From positions 74,651 to 138,650 of the forward strand of contig JAFCGI010000001.1 of NCBI GenBank assembly GCA_017608235.1: a stretch of 64,000 bases of DNA. The letters run 5' to 3'. How positions within the stretch are numbered: the first letter of the stretch is position 1; every line of letters begins with the position of its first letter. The translations under genes and the position numbers were made by a program. Source of the DNA: Candidatus Pacearchaeota archaeon. Its GTDB lineage: Archaea; Nanobdellota; Nanobdellia; UBA10117; JAFCGI01. Below, piece by piece: positions 49,382 through 59,006 of this stretch. Below the pieces are notes generated by a model. The model searched no databases and was not told where the DNA came from. It worked only from the letters and a program-made list of their open reading frames with translations.

Positions 49382-52300
49382 TTATATTTTTAGACTGACA
49401 ATATTTGATTCTCCAGTTTTTGGAGTCATAGATACACCATAGATTGTATCTGCTTCAGAGATTATTGCATCATTATGACTTATGATTATTACTTGTGCTT
49501 TTTGAGAATATTCTTTTAGTAGTTGAGCTACCTTTTCAGAGTTTACTTTGTCTAGAGCAGCATCGATTTCATCTAAGATATAAAATGGTGCTGGTGAAAA
49601 TTCTTGTATAGAAAATATGAATGATAATGCCACCAATACTTTTTCTCCCCCGGATAAGGAAGCAAGAGATATATGTTTTCCTTCTTTATCAATTATTCTT
49701 ACAGTTATTCCACCATCAAATGGATTTTCTTCATTTTCAAGGATTAGTTCTGCTTCTGCTTTTTCAGTCATCTTTGAGAATATTCTTGTAAAATTAGATT
49801 TAACCTTATTATAGGTTTCGAGAAAGCTATCTTTCTTTTTAGATTCAATTTCTTCAATTACTTCTAAAATATCTTGTCTTTCAGTGCCTAGTTTACTAGT
49901 TTTCCAAGTTAGTTCTTCAAATTCTTTCTTTACAGAATCATAGATTTCTAAAGCTCTCATGTTAACGTTTCCCATTTGCTCTAGTTTGTTAGAAAGATAT
50001 CTTGCTTTTTTCTTAGCTTCTTCTATTGAAGTTATTTCTAGGATTTTTATTTTTTCAAAATCTTTGAATTCTTCTTTTAGGCCTGCAAGTTCAGACTCAA
50101 ATTTAGCTTTTTCAATGGCTAAGAAATTCTTTTCTCGTTCTTTAATATCTATATCTTCTTTGATAGTATAGTATTTCTTTTCAATATCATCAAGTTTTTT
50201 GCTTTTGCTAGATTTTTCTTTGAATAATTCCCTTAATTTTCCTCTGAATTTTTCTTCTTCTAATTCTTTATTTTTAAGGTCTGATTTTAATTTTGTGATT
50301 CTAATCTCTTCTTGTTTTTCTTGTTTTTTGAACTTTATTTTTTCTTTTTCAAGTTCTTTTACAACATAAGAAATATTTTTTCTTTCTGGTTCTAATGCAT
50401 TATCTATTGTTGCATTTATACTGCTTATCTTAGCATCTATTTCAGAAAGACTGTTTTTTATTTCATCTATTTCTTGTTTCTTTTCTCCAAATCTTAATTC
50501 TTTGATTTTTAATTTTAGAGCATTCTTTTCTACTGTTTTTTTGTTTATTTTGTTTTCCAGATCTTTTAGTAGTTTGTTTGAGTTGGTTTTTTCTTTGTTT
50601 GTTATTTCTAGCTTCTTTAGAATTTCAGATTTTTCTTTTTCTATGTTGTCTAAGCTTATCTTACCCATAGCATCTAAACTTCCTTCTAATTCTGCTTTCT
50701 TTCGTCTTAGATCTATGAGTTTTGTTTCAAGTTCGATTCTTTCAGTTTCGGTTCTTTTGATTTCGTTTTTTAGAGCAGTTATTTCAATAGTTTTTGTATC
50801 TATGGTAGATCTTAATTCTGCTTCTTTGAATTTTATACCTAAGTTTTTATGCCTGTATCCGCCAGTTATTGCTCCAGATCTGTCAAATATATCTCCAGAG
50901 AGAGTTACCATTCTGTATTTTGCTATGCCTAGTTTTTTAGCAGTTTCAACATTTTCTATAATTAGTGTATTTTGGAATATGTATTTGAATAATGGCTTGA
51001 GTTTTTTGTCACAAGAGATTAAATCAGATGCTAAACCGTAGACTCCTGCTTGGGATTTAGCTTTATTTATTTCAGGATTTTCTATAACAGTTCTTATTTT
51101 TGATAATGGTAGGAAAGTTGCTATTCCTATTTTAGATTCTTTTAGAATGTTAAGACATTTTATTGCGGTGTCTGGATTGTCTACAGCAATGTTTTTCATT
51201 CTTGCTCCAGCAGCAACCTGTAGTGCTGTTGAGAATTTTGGAGAAACTTTACCTAGTTCTGATATGGTTCCAAATATGCCTTTATTTGTTTTTTTAAGTT
51301 CAAGAATTTTCTTGATCCCACGATCTCTTAATAGCATTTCTTCAGAAGAACCATAAGTTATTTTTTCTTTAGCAAGTTCTTCTTGTTTTTGTATTAATTT
51401 TTTTCTTAGGTCTCCAATTTTTAGTGCTATTTTTGAATCCTTGTTTGCTAGAGAACTAATTTCTTGAATTATTTTTTTATAATTGCTTTTTTGATCTTTA
51501 GTACTTTTACTTTTCTTTCCTAAATTAGAAAGTTTAGAATTTATTTCAGATATTTTGAATTCATTTATTTTATAATCACTTTCTATTTTTTGTATTTTTT
51601 CAATAAGTTTTGATTTTTGTGTTTGAAGGTCATCTAAGGCTTTTTCTTCTAGTTCTAAGTCAGATTCTAGTTTTTTGAAATCACCAGAGACTCCTAGATC
51701 TTTTTTTATTTTTGCTTCTTTTTTTAGAATTATAGTTTTATTTTTTTCTAGCTCAGCTTTTTCTTTATTTTGTGAATTTATTTTGGATTCTATGTTTTTT
51801 AAATTATCTGCTAGCTGTTTTTTTCTATTCTCTATTCTCTGCATCTCGTTTTTAGAGCTAATTACTAAATTTTTTGAGGTTTCTATACTTACTTTTAAGT
51901 TTTCAATTTGTTTTTGTAGAACTAATTGTTCTTCTCCACCTTTCTTTTCTATATCTTTTTCTAGTTTGTTTATTTTATTTTTTAGATTTTCTATATCTTT
52001 TTCCGAGTTGGAGAAGTCTTTTTGCAGTTTGATTTTTTCTTGATCTAAATTATTTATTTTTTTTTCTGCATTATTTTTTCTTTGATTTGCAAGATTTATT
52101 TTTAAGTGTAATTCTGTAGCTTCTGCACTTTTGATTTCAGATTCTATGTTTTTGTATTTTTCTGCATCTGCTTTTTCTGATTCTAGGGATTTAAGATAAG
52201 TTTCTTTTTCAGTAAGGATGATTTCTATTTCTTTTAGCTTGGCTTCTACTTTGGCAAGTTCCTTAAGAGTTTGTTCTTTTCTGTTTTCGTAAATGCTAAT

Positions 52301-52798
52301 ACCTGCAACTTCTTCAATAAGAAGTCTTTTATCTACTGGTCTCATGTCTACAAAAGAGTTTATGTCACCTTGAAGTATGATGTTATGACCATCTGGGCTT
52401 ACTTTTACTGTTGAAAGAAGTTCCAGAGCTTGTTGTCTTGATGCATTTCTTCCATTTATTTTATATTGAGCTTGCCCATTTTTTTTGATTTTTCTTAGTA
52501 TTTCTATTTTATCAGTGTCATAAGGAAATACTTTAGAAGAATTGTCTAAAGAGAATTTAACTTCTGCTTCTCCTAATTTTTTTTTATCTTTTTTTCTGAA
52601 AACTAATTCAGAGTAATTATCTGCTCTTAGACTTTTTGTACCCATTCGTCCAAGAACAAAACATAGACTATCTAGAACATTAGATTTTCCAGATCCATTT
52701 GCGCCTACTATGCAAGAAAGTCCAGGACCAAATTTTAGTTCGGTTTTTTTATTAAATGACTTAAACCCGCGTAGATGTAGATCCTTAATATAGGTCAT
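49382..52798 (-). CDS. smc: Chromosome segregation protein SMC
   Basis: GFKSF, GANGSGKSN, hinge GDIF..SGAITGG, LSGGEK, DEIDAALD. Confidence 0.97.
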   Translation of the reverse strand: MTYIKDLHLRGFKSFNKKTELKFGPGLSCIVGANGSGKSNVLDSLCFVLGRMGTKSLRADNYSELVFRKKDKKKLGEAEVKFSLDNSSKVFPYDTDKIEILRKIKKNGQAQYKINGRNASRQQALELLSTVKVSPDGHNIILQGDINSFVDMRPVDKRLLIEEVAGISIYENRKEQTLKELAKVEAKLKEIEIILTEKETYLKSLESEKADAEKYKNIESEIKSAEATELHLKINLANQRKNNAEKKINNLDQEKIKLQKDFSNSEKDIENLKNKINKLEKDIEKKGGEEQLVLQKQIENLKVSIETSKNLVISSKNEMQRIENRKKQLADNLKNIESKINSQNKEKAELEKNKTIILKKEAKIKKDLGVSGDFKKLESDLELEEKALDDLQTQKSKLIEKIQKIESDYKINEFKISEINSKLSNLGKKSKSTKDQKSNYKKIIQEISSLANKDSKIALKIGDLRKKLIQKQEELAKEKITYGSSEEMLLRDRGIKKILELKKTNKGIFGTISELGKVSPKFSTALQVAAGARMKNIAVDNPDTAIKCLNILKESKIGIATFLPLSKIRTVIENPEINKAKSQAGVYGLASDLISCDKKLKPLFKYIFQNTLIIENVETAKKLGIAKYRMVTLSGDIFDRSGAITGGYRHKNLGIKFKEAELRSTIDTKTIEITALKNEIKRTETERIELETKLIDLRRKKAELEGSLDAMGKISLDNIEKEKSEILKKLEITNKEKTNSNKLLKDLENKINKKTVEKNALKLKIKELRFGEKKQEIDEIKNSLSEIDAKISSINATIDNALEPERKNISYVVKELEKEKIKFKKQEKQEEIRITKLKSDLKNKELEEEKFRGKLRELFKEKSSKSKKLDDIEKKYYTIKEDIDIKEREKNFLAIEKAKFESELAGLKEEFKDFEKIKILEITSIEEAKKKARYLSNKLEQMGNVNMRALEIYDSVKKEFEELTWKTSKLGTERQDILEVIEEIESKKKDSFLETYNKVKSNFTRIFSKMTEKAEAELILENEENPFDGGITVRIIDKEGKHISLASLSGGEKVLVALSFIFSIQEFSPAPFYILDEIDAALDKVNSEKVAQLLKEYSQKAQVIIISHNDAIISEADTIYGVSMTPKTGESNIVSLKI

Positions 52799-52869
52799 TG
52801 TCTTTACTCCTGTCTTTCATATTTGTATTAAGAATATAAAAACTTTGTTGCTTTATAGAAATTATTAGT

Positions 52870-54162
52870 CTAAGGGCTTATTCTTTCTGGATCTCTTGGA
52901 AACATTACAGTTTCTCTTAGATTTTCTAGATTAAGGATTTGTTTTACTATTCGTCCAATTCCAGTTCCCATGCCTCCATGTGGAGCAACCCCATATTTGA
53001 ATTGTTCAAAGTACCAAGGGTTGTCTTTTTCTGAGACACCTTTTTCTTTAGCTTGCTTTTTTAATATAGAATATCGGTGCTCTCTCTGAGCGCCAGTTGT
53101 GATTTCTAATCCTTTGTAAAGTAAATCAAATGAGAAAGTAGTGTTTTTATCTTTTAGCATGTGATAGAATGGACGGACTGCAAATGGGAATTCTGTTAAA
53201 AATACAAATTCATGTTTGTATTTTTTTTTGATATAGTCTGCAAGTATTATTTCTTCTTTATCATTTAGATCTTCTGAATCTGGAGAAGATATTTTTATGG
53301 CTTTTTTTGCTTCTCTCATTGTAATTCTAGGGAAAGGTTTCTTTGGGATCTCAACTTTTGCATCAAATAGCTTAAGTTCGTCTTTACATTCTTCTTTTAT
53401 AGTTTTTAGTATGAAGATCATAAGATCCTCCATAATATTCATTATATCTTCATAGTTTTTTATGAATGCTATTTCGAAATCTAGAGAAGTATATTCACAT
53501 AAGTGCCGAGTAGTATGGTGTTTTTCAGCTCTGAATACTTCTCCTATTTCAAACACTTTATCTAAACCAGATACAAGTGCTGCTTGCTTATAGAACTGTG
53601 GACTTTGTGCTAGGAATGCTTTTTTGTTAAAGTAAGCTAGCTCGAACACATTTGCTCCAGATTCTGAAGCAGATCCTAATATTTTTGGAGTATGTATTTG
53701 CATGAATCCAGAATTGGTAAAAAAATCTTCTGAAGCTTTAGTTACTACAGATCTAATTTTGAATATTGCTTGTGTTTTTGGATTTCTTAAATCTAAATAT
53801 CTATAATCAAGTCTTTTATCTAAACCAGTTTCAATATCTTTATCTAAAAATTCTATAGGTAATTTTTCTGCGGTTGTTAAAACTTCAAGATCTTTAAGTA
53901 TTAATTCAAGAGCGCCAGACTTTTGCTTGCCTTTTTGCATCTTTCCTTTAGCAAGAATTACAGATTCTTTTGTAAGACTATCTAGCTTTTTGATTAGAGC
54001 TTTGTCTAGAATGGTGATTTGTAAAGTGCCTGAGTTATCTCTTAAGATTATGAAGGCTATTTTTCCTAGAGTTCGGATTTCTTGAGCCCAGCCCCCAATT
54101 ATAATTTCTTTTCCTTCTTTTCCTAGAGCTTCTTTGATTAAGATTCTTTTTGAGATATCCAT
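52870..54162 (-). CDS. aspS: Archaeal-type aspartyl-tRNA synthetase
   Basis: RLDYRYLDLR, LAQSPQFYKQ, FRAE, GAQREH, PHGG, FPRD. Confidence 0.95.
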   Translation of the reverse strand: MDISKRILIKEALGKEGKEIIIGGWAQEIRTLGKIAFIILRDNSGTLQITILDKALIKKLDSLTKESVILAKGKMQKGKQKSGALELILKDLEVLTTAEKLPIEFLDKDIETGLDKRLDYRYLDLRNPKTQAIFKIRSVVTKASEDFFTNSGFMQIHTPKILGSASESGANVFELAYFNKKAFLAQSPQFYKQAALVSGLDKVFEIGEVFRAEKHHTTRHLCEYTSLDFEIAFIKNYEDIMNIMEDLMIFILKTIKEECKDELKLFDAKVEIPKKPFPRITMREAKKAIKISSPDSEDLNDKEEIILADYIKKKYKHEFVFLTEFPFAVRPFYHMLKDKNTTFSFDLLYKGLEITTGAQREHRYSILKKQAKEKGVSEKDNPWYFEQFKYGVAPHGGMGTGIGRIVKQILNLENLRETVMFPRDPERISP

Positions 54163-54231
54163 ATCTGTTTTAACAAGCTTATGCTTGAATTTAAAGTTTG
54201 CTAATTATTTACTAATTGTTTATTTTTTGAT

Positions 54232-54906
54232 TTAGAATTTAGATAAATCAGTTTGAGCTTTTTTTGCTTTCATGTTTTTGAAAGTAGCCCAAGTTCTTCG
54301 TATGTATTTGCAGAAGATTTTGTATTGTTCATTTTCTTCGCAGCTACCTAGAAATTTCTTGGTTTCAGGGTCTGCTGGGTATCCAGAACCGATAGTAGTT
54401 CCGATTTCTTTTTCAATTTCTTTCATGGCTCTATCTCTAGTTACTTTTGCTATGATAGATGCAGCTGCAACTTCTGGATGTTTTGTATCTGCTTTGTGTT
54501 CTGAAATTATTTCTGTATTTACTGGGTTTTCAATGAATCCCTGAATCATTAATGTAAATTTTGCTCCATCTGGGGATACAGGGCTATCAACATAAATTGT
54601 ATTTGGTTTTAATGCTGTAATAATCTCAGATATTTTTAGAGCTTCTAGCTGATTAAGATTAAGTCCTATAGATGATCTTGAATCTATTTCTTCAGCAGAA
54701 ATATTTATTATATGAGAATCATGAGCTAAGTCTAGAATTTTGTCAAAAAGATTTTCTCTTTGCTTTTCTGTTAAAAGTTTAGAGTCTTTTACACCAAGAG
54801 CCTTAAGTGCATCTAGATTTTCTTCTTTAAATGAGACTCCTGCGATGACTAGAGGTCCTAATACTGGACCCCTGCCGGCTTCATCTGTTCCACAAATTAT
54901 TTTCAT
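54232..54906 (-). CDS. rnhB: Ribonuclease HII
   Basis: GTDEAGRGPVLGP, DSK, HKAD, AASIIAKV, GSGYP.D. Confidence 0.97.
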   Translation of the reverse strand: MKIICGTDEAGRGPVLGPLVIAGVSFKEENLDALKALGVKDSKLLTEKQRENLFDKILDLAHDSHIINISAEEIDSRSSIGLNLNQLEALKISEIITALKPNTIYVDSPVSPDGAKFTLMIQGFIENPVNTEIISEHKADTKHPEVAAASIIAKVTRDRAMKEIEKEIGTTIGSGYPADPETKKFLGSCEENEQYKIFCKYIRRTWATFKNMKAKKAQTDLSKF

Positions 54907-55018
54907 TGTTCTTTAAACTTATTTGGACTTAAAAAGGTTTACTGCTAATTCTAAATTAAAAATGTGGACCTAGACAATTGCGTGTAGGATATATAAATAA
55001 ATATTTCCTTTTTATTTT

Positions 55019-55270
55019 ATGAAATTTCCAAATATAGATGACCCTAAATTTTCAGAATTTATTGGTATTTTGTTAGGAGATGGATCTATTTGTGATATTA
55101 TAGACAATATAGAATAAAAATATCTTTTAATTTTGTTGATGATATAGAATATATTAGATATGTAAAAAATATGATTATTGATTTATTTGGAATAACACTT
55201 ATTTGTAAGAAAAGATAAAATGAAAATGCTTCTGATTTATTTATATTTAGAAAAGCTAATTTTATTTTAA
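55019..55270 (+). pseudogene. Decayed LAGLIDADG homing endonuclease
   Basis: MKFPNIDDPKFSEFIGILLGDGSI, then a frameshift to YRIKISFN..DDIEY..YVKNMIIDLFG..KR*NENASDLFI; truncated just before the tRNA 3' end. Confidence 0.75.
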
Positions 55271-55280
55271 ATAAAAATAA

Positions 55281-55419
55281 TAGCGGGAATAGGATTTGAA
55301 CCTATGGCCTCAGGGTATCCCTAAATCCCAAAAGTCTGTTGAAACTTTTATGGGCTTCGCCAAAAGCTAGCAAATAACTAGCAATTTCCTGCGGGCACTC
55401 CAGACTGCCCCATCCCGCT
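55281..55419 (-). tRNA. Initiator tRNA-Met(CAT) with two introns (55356-55387 at 30/31; 55317-55348 at 37/38)
   Basis: Spliced form AGCGGGA-TG-GGGC-AGTCTGGAGT-GCCC-G-CAGGG-CC-CAT-AA-CCCTG-AGGCC-ATAGG-TTCAAAT-CCTAT-TCCCGCT-A; A1-U72 pair and three G-C pairs in the anticodon stem. Confidence 0.85.
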
Positions 55420-55599
55420 GTTTTTCAGTTGATTTTGAGGCTTTTTATAGTTTACGAAAGGAGTGTATTGTTGTATTTATGGGACTTTTACATGATAGAA
55501 TAAAGTGGTAAGAAGGAAGAAATAATTTTTCTATTTGATCCAAGGTCCTGACAATGCAATAATATGAAAGAAGAAACCTTTTTAAATAGCTCAGATTAG

Positions 55600-55977
55600 A
55601 TGATTTTTATGATAGAAGATGAAGAAAAAAGAGTAGCTATGAGGATTTCAGGAGATCTTTATGCTAAATTAGTTGAACAATCTAAGAAAAGAAAGAAAAG
55701 CATATCAGAAATAATTAGGGGTAGCTTGCAAGATTATTTTCATTTCATGGAGCCAAATATGGAACCTGCTATGTTTATGAGATTTCTTGGAAATATGTAT
55801 GATCGTGGAATGTCTGAAGACGAAATTATGACTATTGTTAAAGGTTATTATGTGCTTAGAAAAGCATTAGGATTACCTCGTAAAGTAAAAATTAATAGTG
55901 GTTATTTACCATATCTTTTTACTGATAAAAGGATAGGCAGTTTGATTGATCTTATTAATTCTAAAACTAGAGAATAG
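55600..55977 (+). CDS. Ribbon-helix-helix (CopG-like) DNA-binding protein
   Basis: RVAMRISGDLYAKL...KKSISEIIRGSL. Confidence 0.7.
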   Translation: MIFMIEDEEKRVAMRISGDLYAKLVEQSKKRKKSISEIIRGSLQDYFHFMEPNMEPAMFMRFLGNMYDRGMSEDEIMTIVKGYYVLRKALGLPRKVKINSGYLPYLFTDKRIGSLIDLINSKTRE

Positions 55978-56042
55978 TAATTGTTTATTTTTAATGATTG
56001 AAAAGCTTTATATAATCTTGTTAGTTTGTTTTTAAAGGGGAT

Positions 56043-56519
56043 ATGGCAAGGGCTAAAGGCTTAACAAAGAGAGAAATTTCTGAAATTGTTGCTTCTGAGT
56101 TAGAGGAGAAACAAAAGGAATTAGAGCTAGCTAACAGGAAATTTCTAAGAAATCTTACTTTAGATCTTGAAAAGAAAACTAAAAAAAGAGAAGAAGCAAT
56201 GGTTCTTGGTTTTCAGGATTTTATAGAAAGAGCAGATATTATGTTAAGAGATATTGATTTAAGATTAGCTGACCTAGAAAGCAATTTTAAGTTTGGAAAA
56301 GATTCAGAAAAACTTCAAAAAAGTATTGCTCTCATTGACAGGGAAATTAAAACTAGTAGAGAAAGATTTAGCATGATGCTTAGTGAGTTTCAAGGAATGA
56401 GGCAACATTTATCTAATGTAAATTATTCAGTAATTGAATCAAGATTAAACAAATTAGAACTTTCTTATGCACATTTATTTAATATATACAATCATGTAAT
56501 AAGAGGAAACAAAGGGTAA
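56043..56519 (+). CDS. Coiled-coil hypothetical protein
   Basis: Heptad-rich ORF with its own TATA (TTTATATA) and GGGG RBS. Confidence 0.65.
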   Translation: MARAKGLTKREISEIVASELEEKQKELELANRKFLRNLTLDLEKKTKKREEAMVLGFQDFIERADIMLRDIDLRLADLESNFKFGKDSEKLQKSIALIDREIKTSRERFSMMLSEFQGMRQHLSNVNYSVIESRLNKLELSYAHLFNIYNHVIRGNKG

Positions 56520-56536
56520 TTATAGAGTAATTATAT

Positions 56537-56574
56537 AGATATAGAATACTCGTAAAGATATAGAATACTCGTAA
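56537..56574. repeat. Perfect 19-bp tandem duplication AGATATAGAATACTCGTAA x2
   Basis: Seen directly between two convergent genes. Confidence 0.9.
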
Positions 56575-56575
56575 A

Positions 56576-57376
56576 TTATATTTGTATTATTTTTATTATG
56601 CCTTCTATAGATTTCATAAATTGTTCTGCAGGCTTACTTATCTTTCCATTTGTTACTAAGATAATAGGCATTTTTGTTTCAATTGATTTTGAATAAATTA
56701 AGGATAGGTCTCCTTCATTGATTCTTTTTTTGTTTTTTATGACTATTAAATATTTAAATGATCCTAGAGGAGTAGGTATATTTATTTTGAGTTCTTTTGC
56801 TTGTGAGTTTTGATATAGAATTTCAATATTTTTTTGTTTTAAAATTTCAATGGTTTTTTTATAGAGATTTTCTTTTGGTTCCTTGAAGGGAGATATTTTT
56901 TGCAGTATTTTTTTAGTTATAGCTGGGAAGGTAGTTTTTTCTTCCTTTTTTTCTTGTGGTGATTCTTTGATTATTTCTATTTTAGGAGAGAAAGGTTTTG
57001 ATTTTTCAATAGTGTGATATGGAGCGGGAGCAGGTTCTTTTTCAGATTCATCTATTAATGGTTTGAATCTTTCTGCGAATTTTTCTCTTTTTTTCTTTAG
57101 TTCTGGACTTACATGAAATTGCTTTCCATATTGTTGTAGGGTTTGTTTTTGATTTTTTATTTGTTCTATGCGAGATTTAACTGCTTCTTCTTGTCCTGGA
57201 ACATAGAAAAGGAATGCATTACCTATTTTTTCAGGGCTTGTTTTTATTTCTCCAGAAGATTGTAGTTCTGATAGGAAAGCATTTGCTAGAAAGCTATCTA
57301 TATTTAATCTTGATCCTATTTCTATAGGAAGCATAGGACCATTTGCTCTTAATGTAGATAGGATTTTGTCCTTCAT
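56576..57376 (-). CDS. Hypothetical protein: N-terminal winged-helix-like domain, C-terminal nuclease-fold-like domain
   Basis: GPMLPIEI...LSEL...YVPGQE; C-terminal KNKKRINEGDL...PIILVTNG. Confidence 0.55.
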   Translation of the reverse strand: MKDKILSTLRANGPMLPIEIGSRLNIDSFLANAFLSELQSSGEIKTSPEKIGNAFLFYVPGQEEAVKSRIEQIKNQKQTLQQYGKQFHVSPELKKKREKFAERFKPLIDESEKEPAPAPYHTIEKSKPFSPKIEIIKESPQEKKEEKTTFPAITKKILQKISPFKEPKENLYKKTIEILKQKNIEILYQNSQAKELKINIPTPLGSFKYLIVIKNKKRINEGDLSLIYSKSIETKMPIILVTNGKISKPAEQFMKSIEGIIKIIQI

Positions 57377-57589
57377 AGCTATAAAGAAAACCTATAGGTT
57401 TATTTATTTTATTATACTTAATATTGTTATATAATAATTATATAATAATTATATAATATATAATATTTATAATAATATGTTTATAATAATATAATATAGA
57501 AATTATACAGAAATAAGGTTATAAAAATAAATTATAAATTAAAATTATAGATTATAAATTAAGATAAACAATTAAAAATAAAATGAAAT

Positions 57590-58366
57590 TTAATATTCAA
57601 TTATGTTATCTGGTTTATCTTTTCCTAGCAAGGCGTTTGCTATTTTAATTCCACCAGCAACTTCTGGAAGTATTACATAATCTGCTCCAGCATTTTTCAA
57701 TTTATTTACGATTATTTTGTTGCTGGCTCTTGCTGCGATTTTTATTTTTGGGTTTAGTTCTTTTGCAGTTAAAATCAGTAAAAGATTATCTCCATCATTA
57801 GGCATTACTGCGGCTAGTGCTTTAGCTTTTTTTATGCCTGCTTGAAGTAGTGTATCTTCTTCTAGGGCATCATCATTTATAGCAAGAAATCCTAGTCCTT
57901 TTCTTTTGTTTATTGTTTCTTCATCTTTGTCAACAAATAATATGCTTTTCTTTGATTTCTTTAGTGTATCTCCAAGATATTTTCCAACTCTTCCAGATCC
58001 GCAAATAATATAATGATTTTTTAGTTCTTTGATTTTTTTCATTTCTTTTTTTCCTCCAAGATAATATCCTATATTTCCAGAAAGCATGACTTCAAAAGTT
58101 ATATAAAAAATATAAAAAGCTAATACTCCTCCTGCGAACGATAATGAAAGCAGGGTTGTTTTAAGGCCAGTACTAGCTTGGGATAATGTAGCTAGGTCAG
58201 CATGTGTTACAAATGCTAATGCTACTATGGTTGCATCTCCTATAGGCATTGAAGACATTCTTGTGATTACTGTTGCTGCTAGTACTATGAAAGTTAGAAG
58301 CATTAGAACTGCTAAGAAAATTTTTTGTGGAAATTCTTCTAACTGCGGCACATTAACCTTTCCCAT
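57590..58366 (-). CDS. 2-TM channel-like protein with RCK/TrkA-N domain, lacking the K+ filter motif
   Basis: NHYIICGSGRVG, AGI..AK, D.DN, A.ELNP, AGADYVI.PE..GG. Confidence 0.85.
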   Translation of the reverse strand: MGKVNVPQLEEFPQKIFLAVLMLLTFIVLAATVITRMSSMPIGDATIVALAFVTHADLATLSQASTGLKTTLLSLSFAGGVLAFYIFYITFEVMLSGNIGYYLGGKKEMKKIKELKNHYIICGSGRVGKYLGDTLKKSKKSILFVDKDEETINKRKGLGFLAINDDALEEDTLLQAGIKKAKALAAVMPNDGDNLLLILTAKELNPKIKIAARASNKIIVNKLKNAGADYVILPEVAGGIKIANALLGKDKPDNIIEY

Positions 58367-58420
58367 TTGTTAATACTAATATTGTTTTGAAGTTAAAAAC
58401 AGTTTCGATACTTTGAGAAG

Positions 58421-58504
58421 TGCAGGGGACAGGATTCGAACCTGCGTAGGCACTAAGCCAAAAGATCTTGAGTCTTTCCCGTTTGGCCACTCCGGCACCC
58501 CTGC
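58421..58504 (-). tRNA. tRNA-Leu(CAA)
   Basis: GCAGGGGTGCCGGAGTGGCCAAACGGG-AAAGA-CT-CAA-GA-TCTTT, long variable arm, GCAGGTTCGAATCCTGT-CCCCTGCA. Confidence 0.96.
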
Positions 58505-58558
58505 CTGTTAAATTGATATTATTTAGGGTTTAAAAAGTTGTTTGTACGGGGCTTTAAG

Positions 58559-58725
58559 TTAATATTAATTATATGAGTTTGAATTAATATTATTTGTATT
58601 AGTTTTAAGTTATAATATTAATTTTAATATTATTTATACTATTAATTATCATATTATACTATTAATTTTAATATTTATTATAATATTATACTATTATTTT
58701 TAATATTTAATTTAATATTAATTCT
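58559..58725. repeat. Extremely AT-rich low-complexity tract with many TAATATT / TATACTATT units
   Basis: Seen directly in the sequence. Confidence 0.7.
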
Positions 58726-58817
58726 TTAAATCGTTTAAAAAGGAAAGTTTTTAATAGTAAAACTACTATTATTTCTAATAATTGTTTTAATATTCGTGGG
58801 AAAGGAAGGAAAACAAA

Positions 58818-59006
58818 TTGGCTAAGAAAGCAATAGTGCAGAAGACTAGCAATAACCAGTATATTGTAACTATTCCTAAACAGATTGCAGAGTTTAAAGG
58901 GATAGAGAAGGGTACAATACTTTACTGGGCTGAGGATTCTGAAGGAAATCTTGTACTGAAACGTAATATAAAAAAGAAGGAGGGAAGCAGTGATGACATT
59001 GAATAA
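58818..59006 (+). CDS. AbrB/MazE-like small DNA-binding protein (TTG start)
   Basis: VQKT...QYIVTIPKQIAE..GIEKG..L.W......LVL. Confidence 0.75.
   Translation: MAKKAIVQKTSNNQYIVTIPKQIAEFKGIEKGTILYWAEDSEGNLVLKRNIKKKEGSSDDIE

Noticed and set aside
52870-54162. Assigning AspRS as discriminating or non-discriminating
   Set aside because: Diagnostic residues are ambiguous by eye; needs an alignment
55320-55348. Alternative shorter second intron using the CCCA/TGGG pairing
   Set aside because: Would leave 8 extra nt in the anticodon loop; the 32-nt intron restores a canonical 7-nt loop
55019-58504. Integrated element between tRNA-Met and tRNA-Leu
   Set aside because: No integrase and no duplicated tRNA 3' end (att site) found
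58559-58790. Firm replication origin call
   Set aside because: No ORB-like G-string repeats and no cdc6/orc1 nearby; kept only as a low-interest finding
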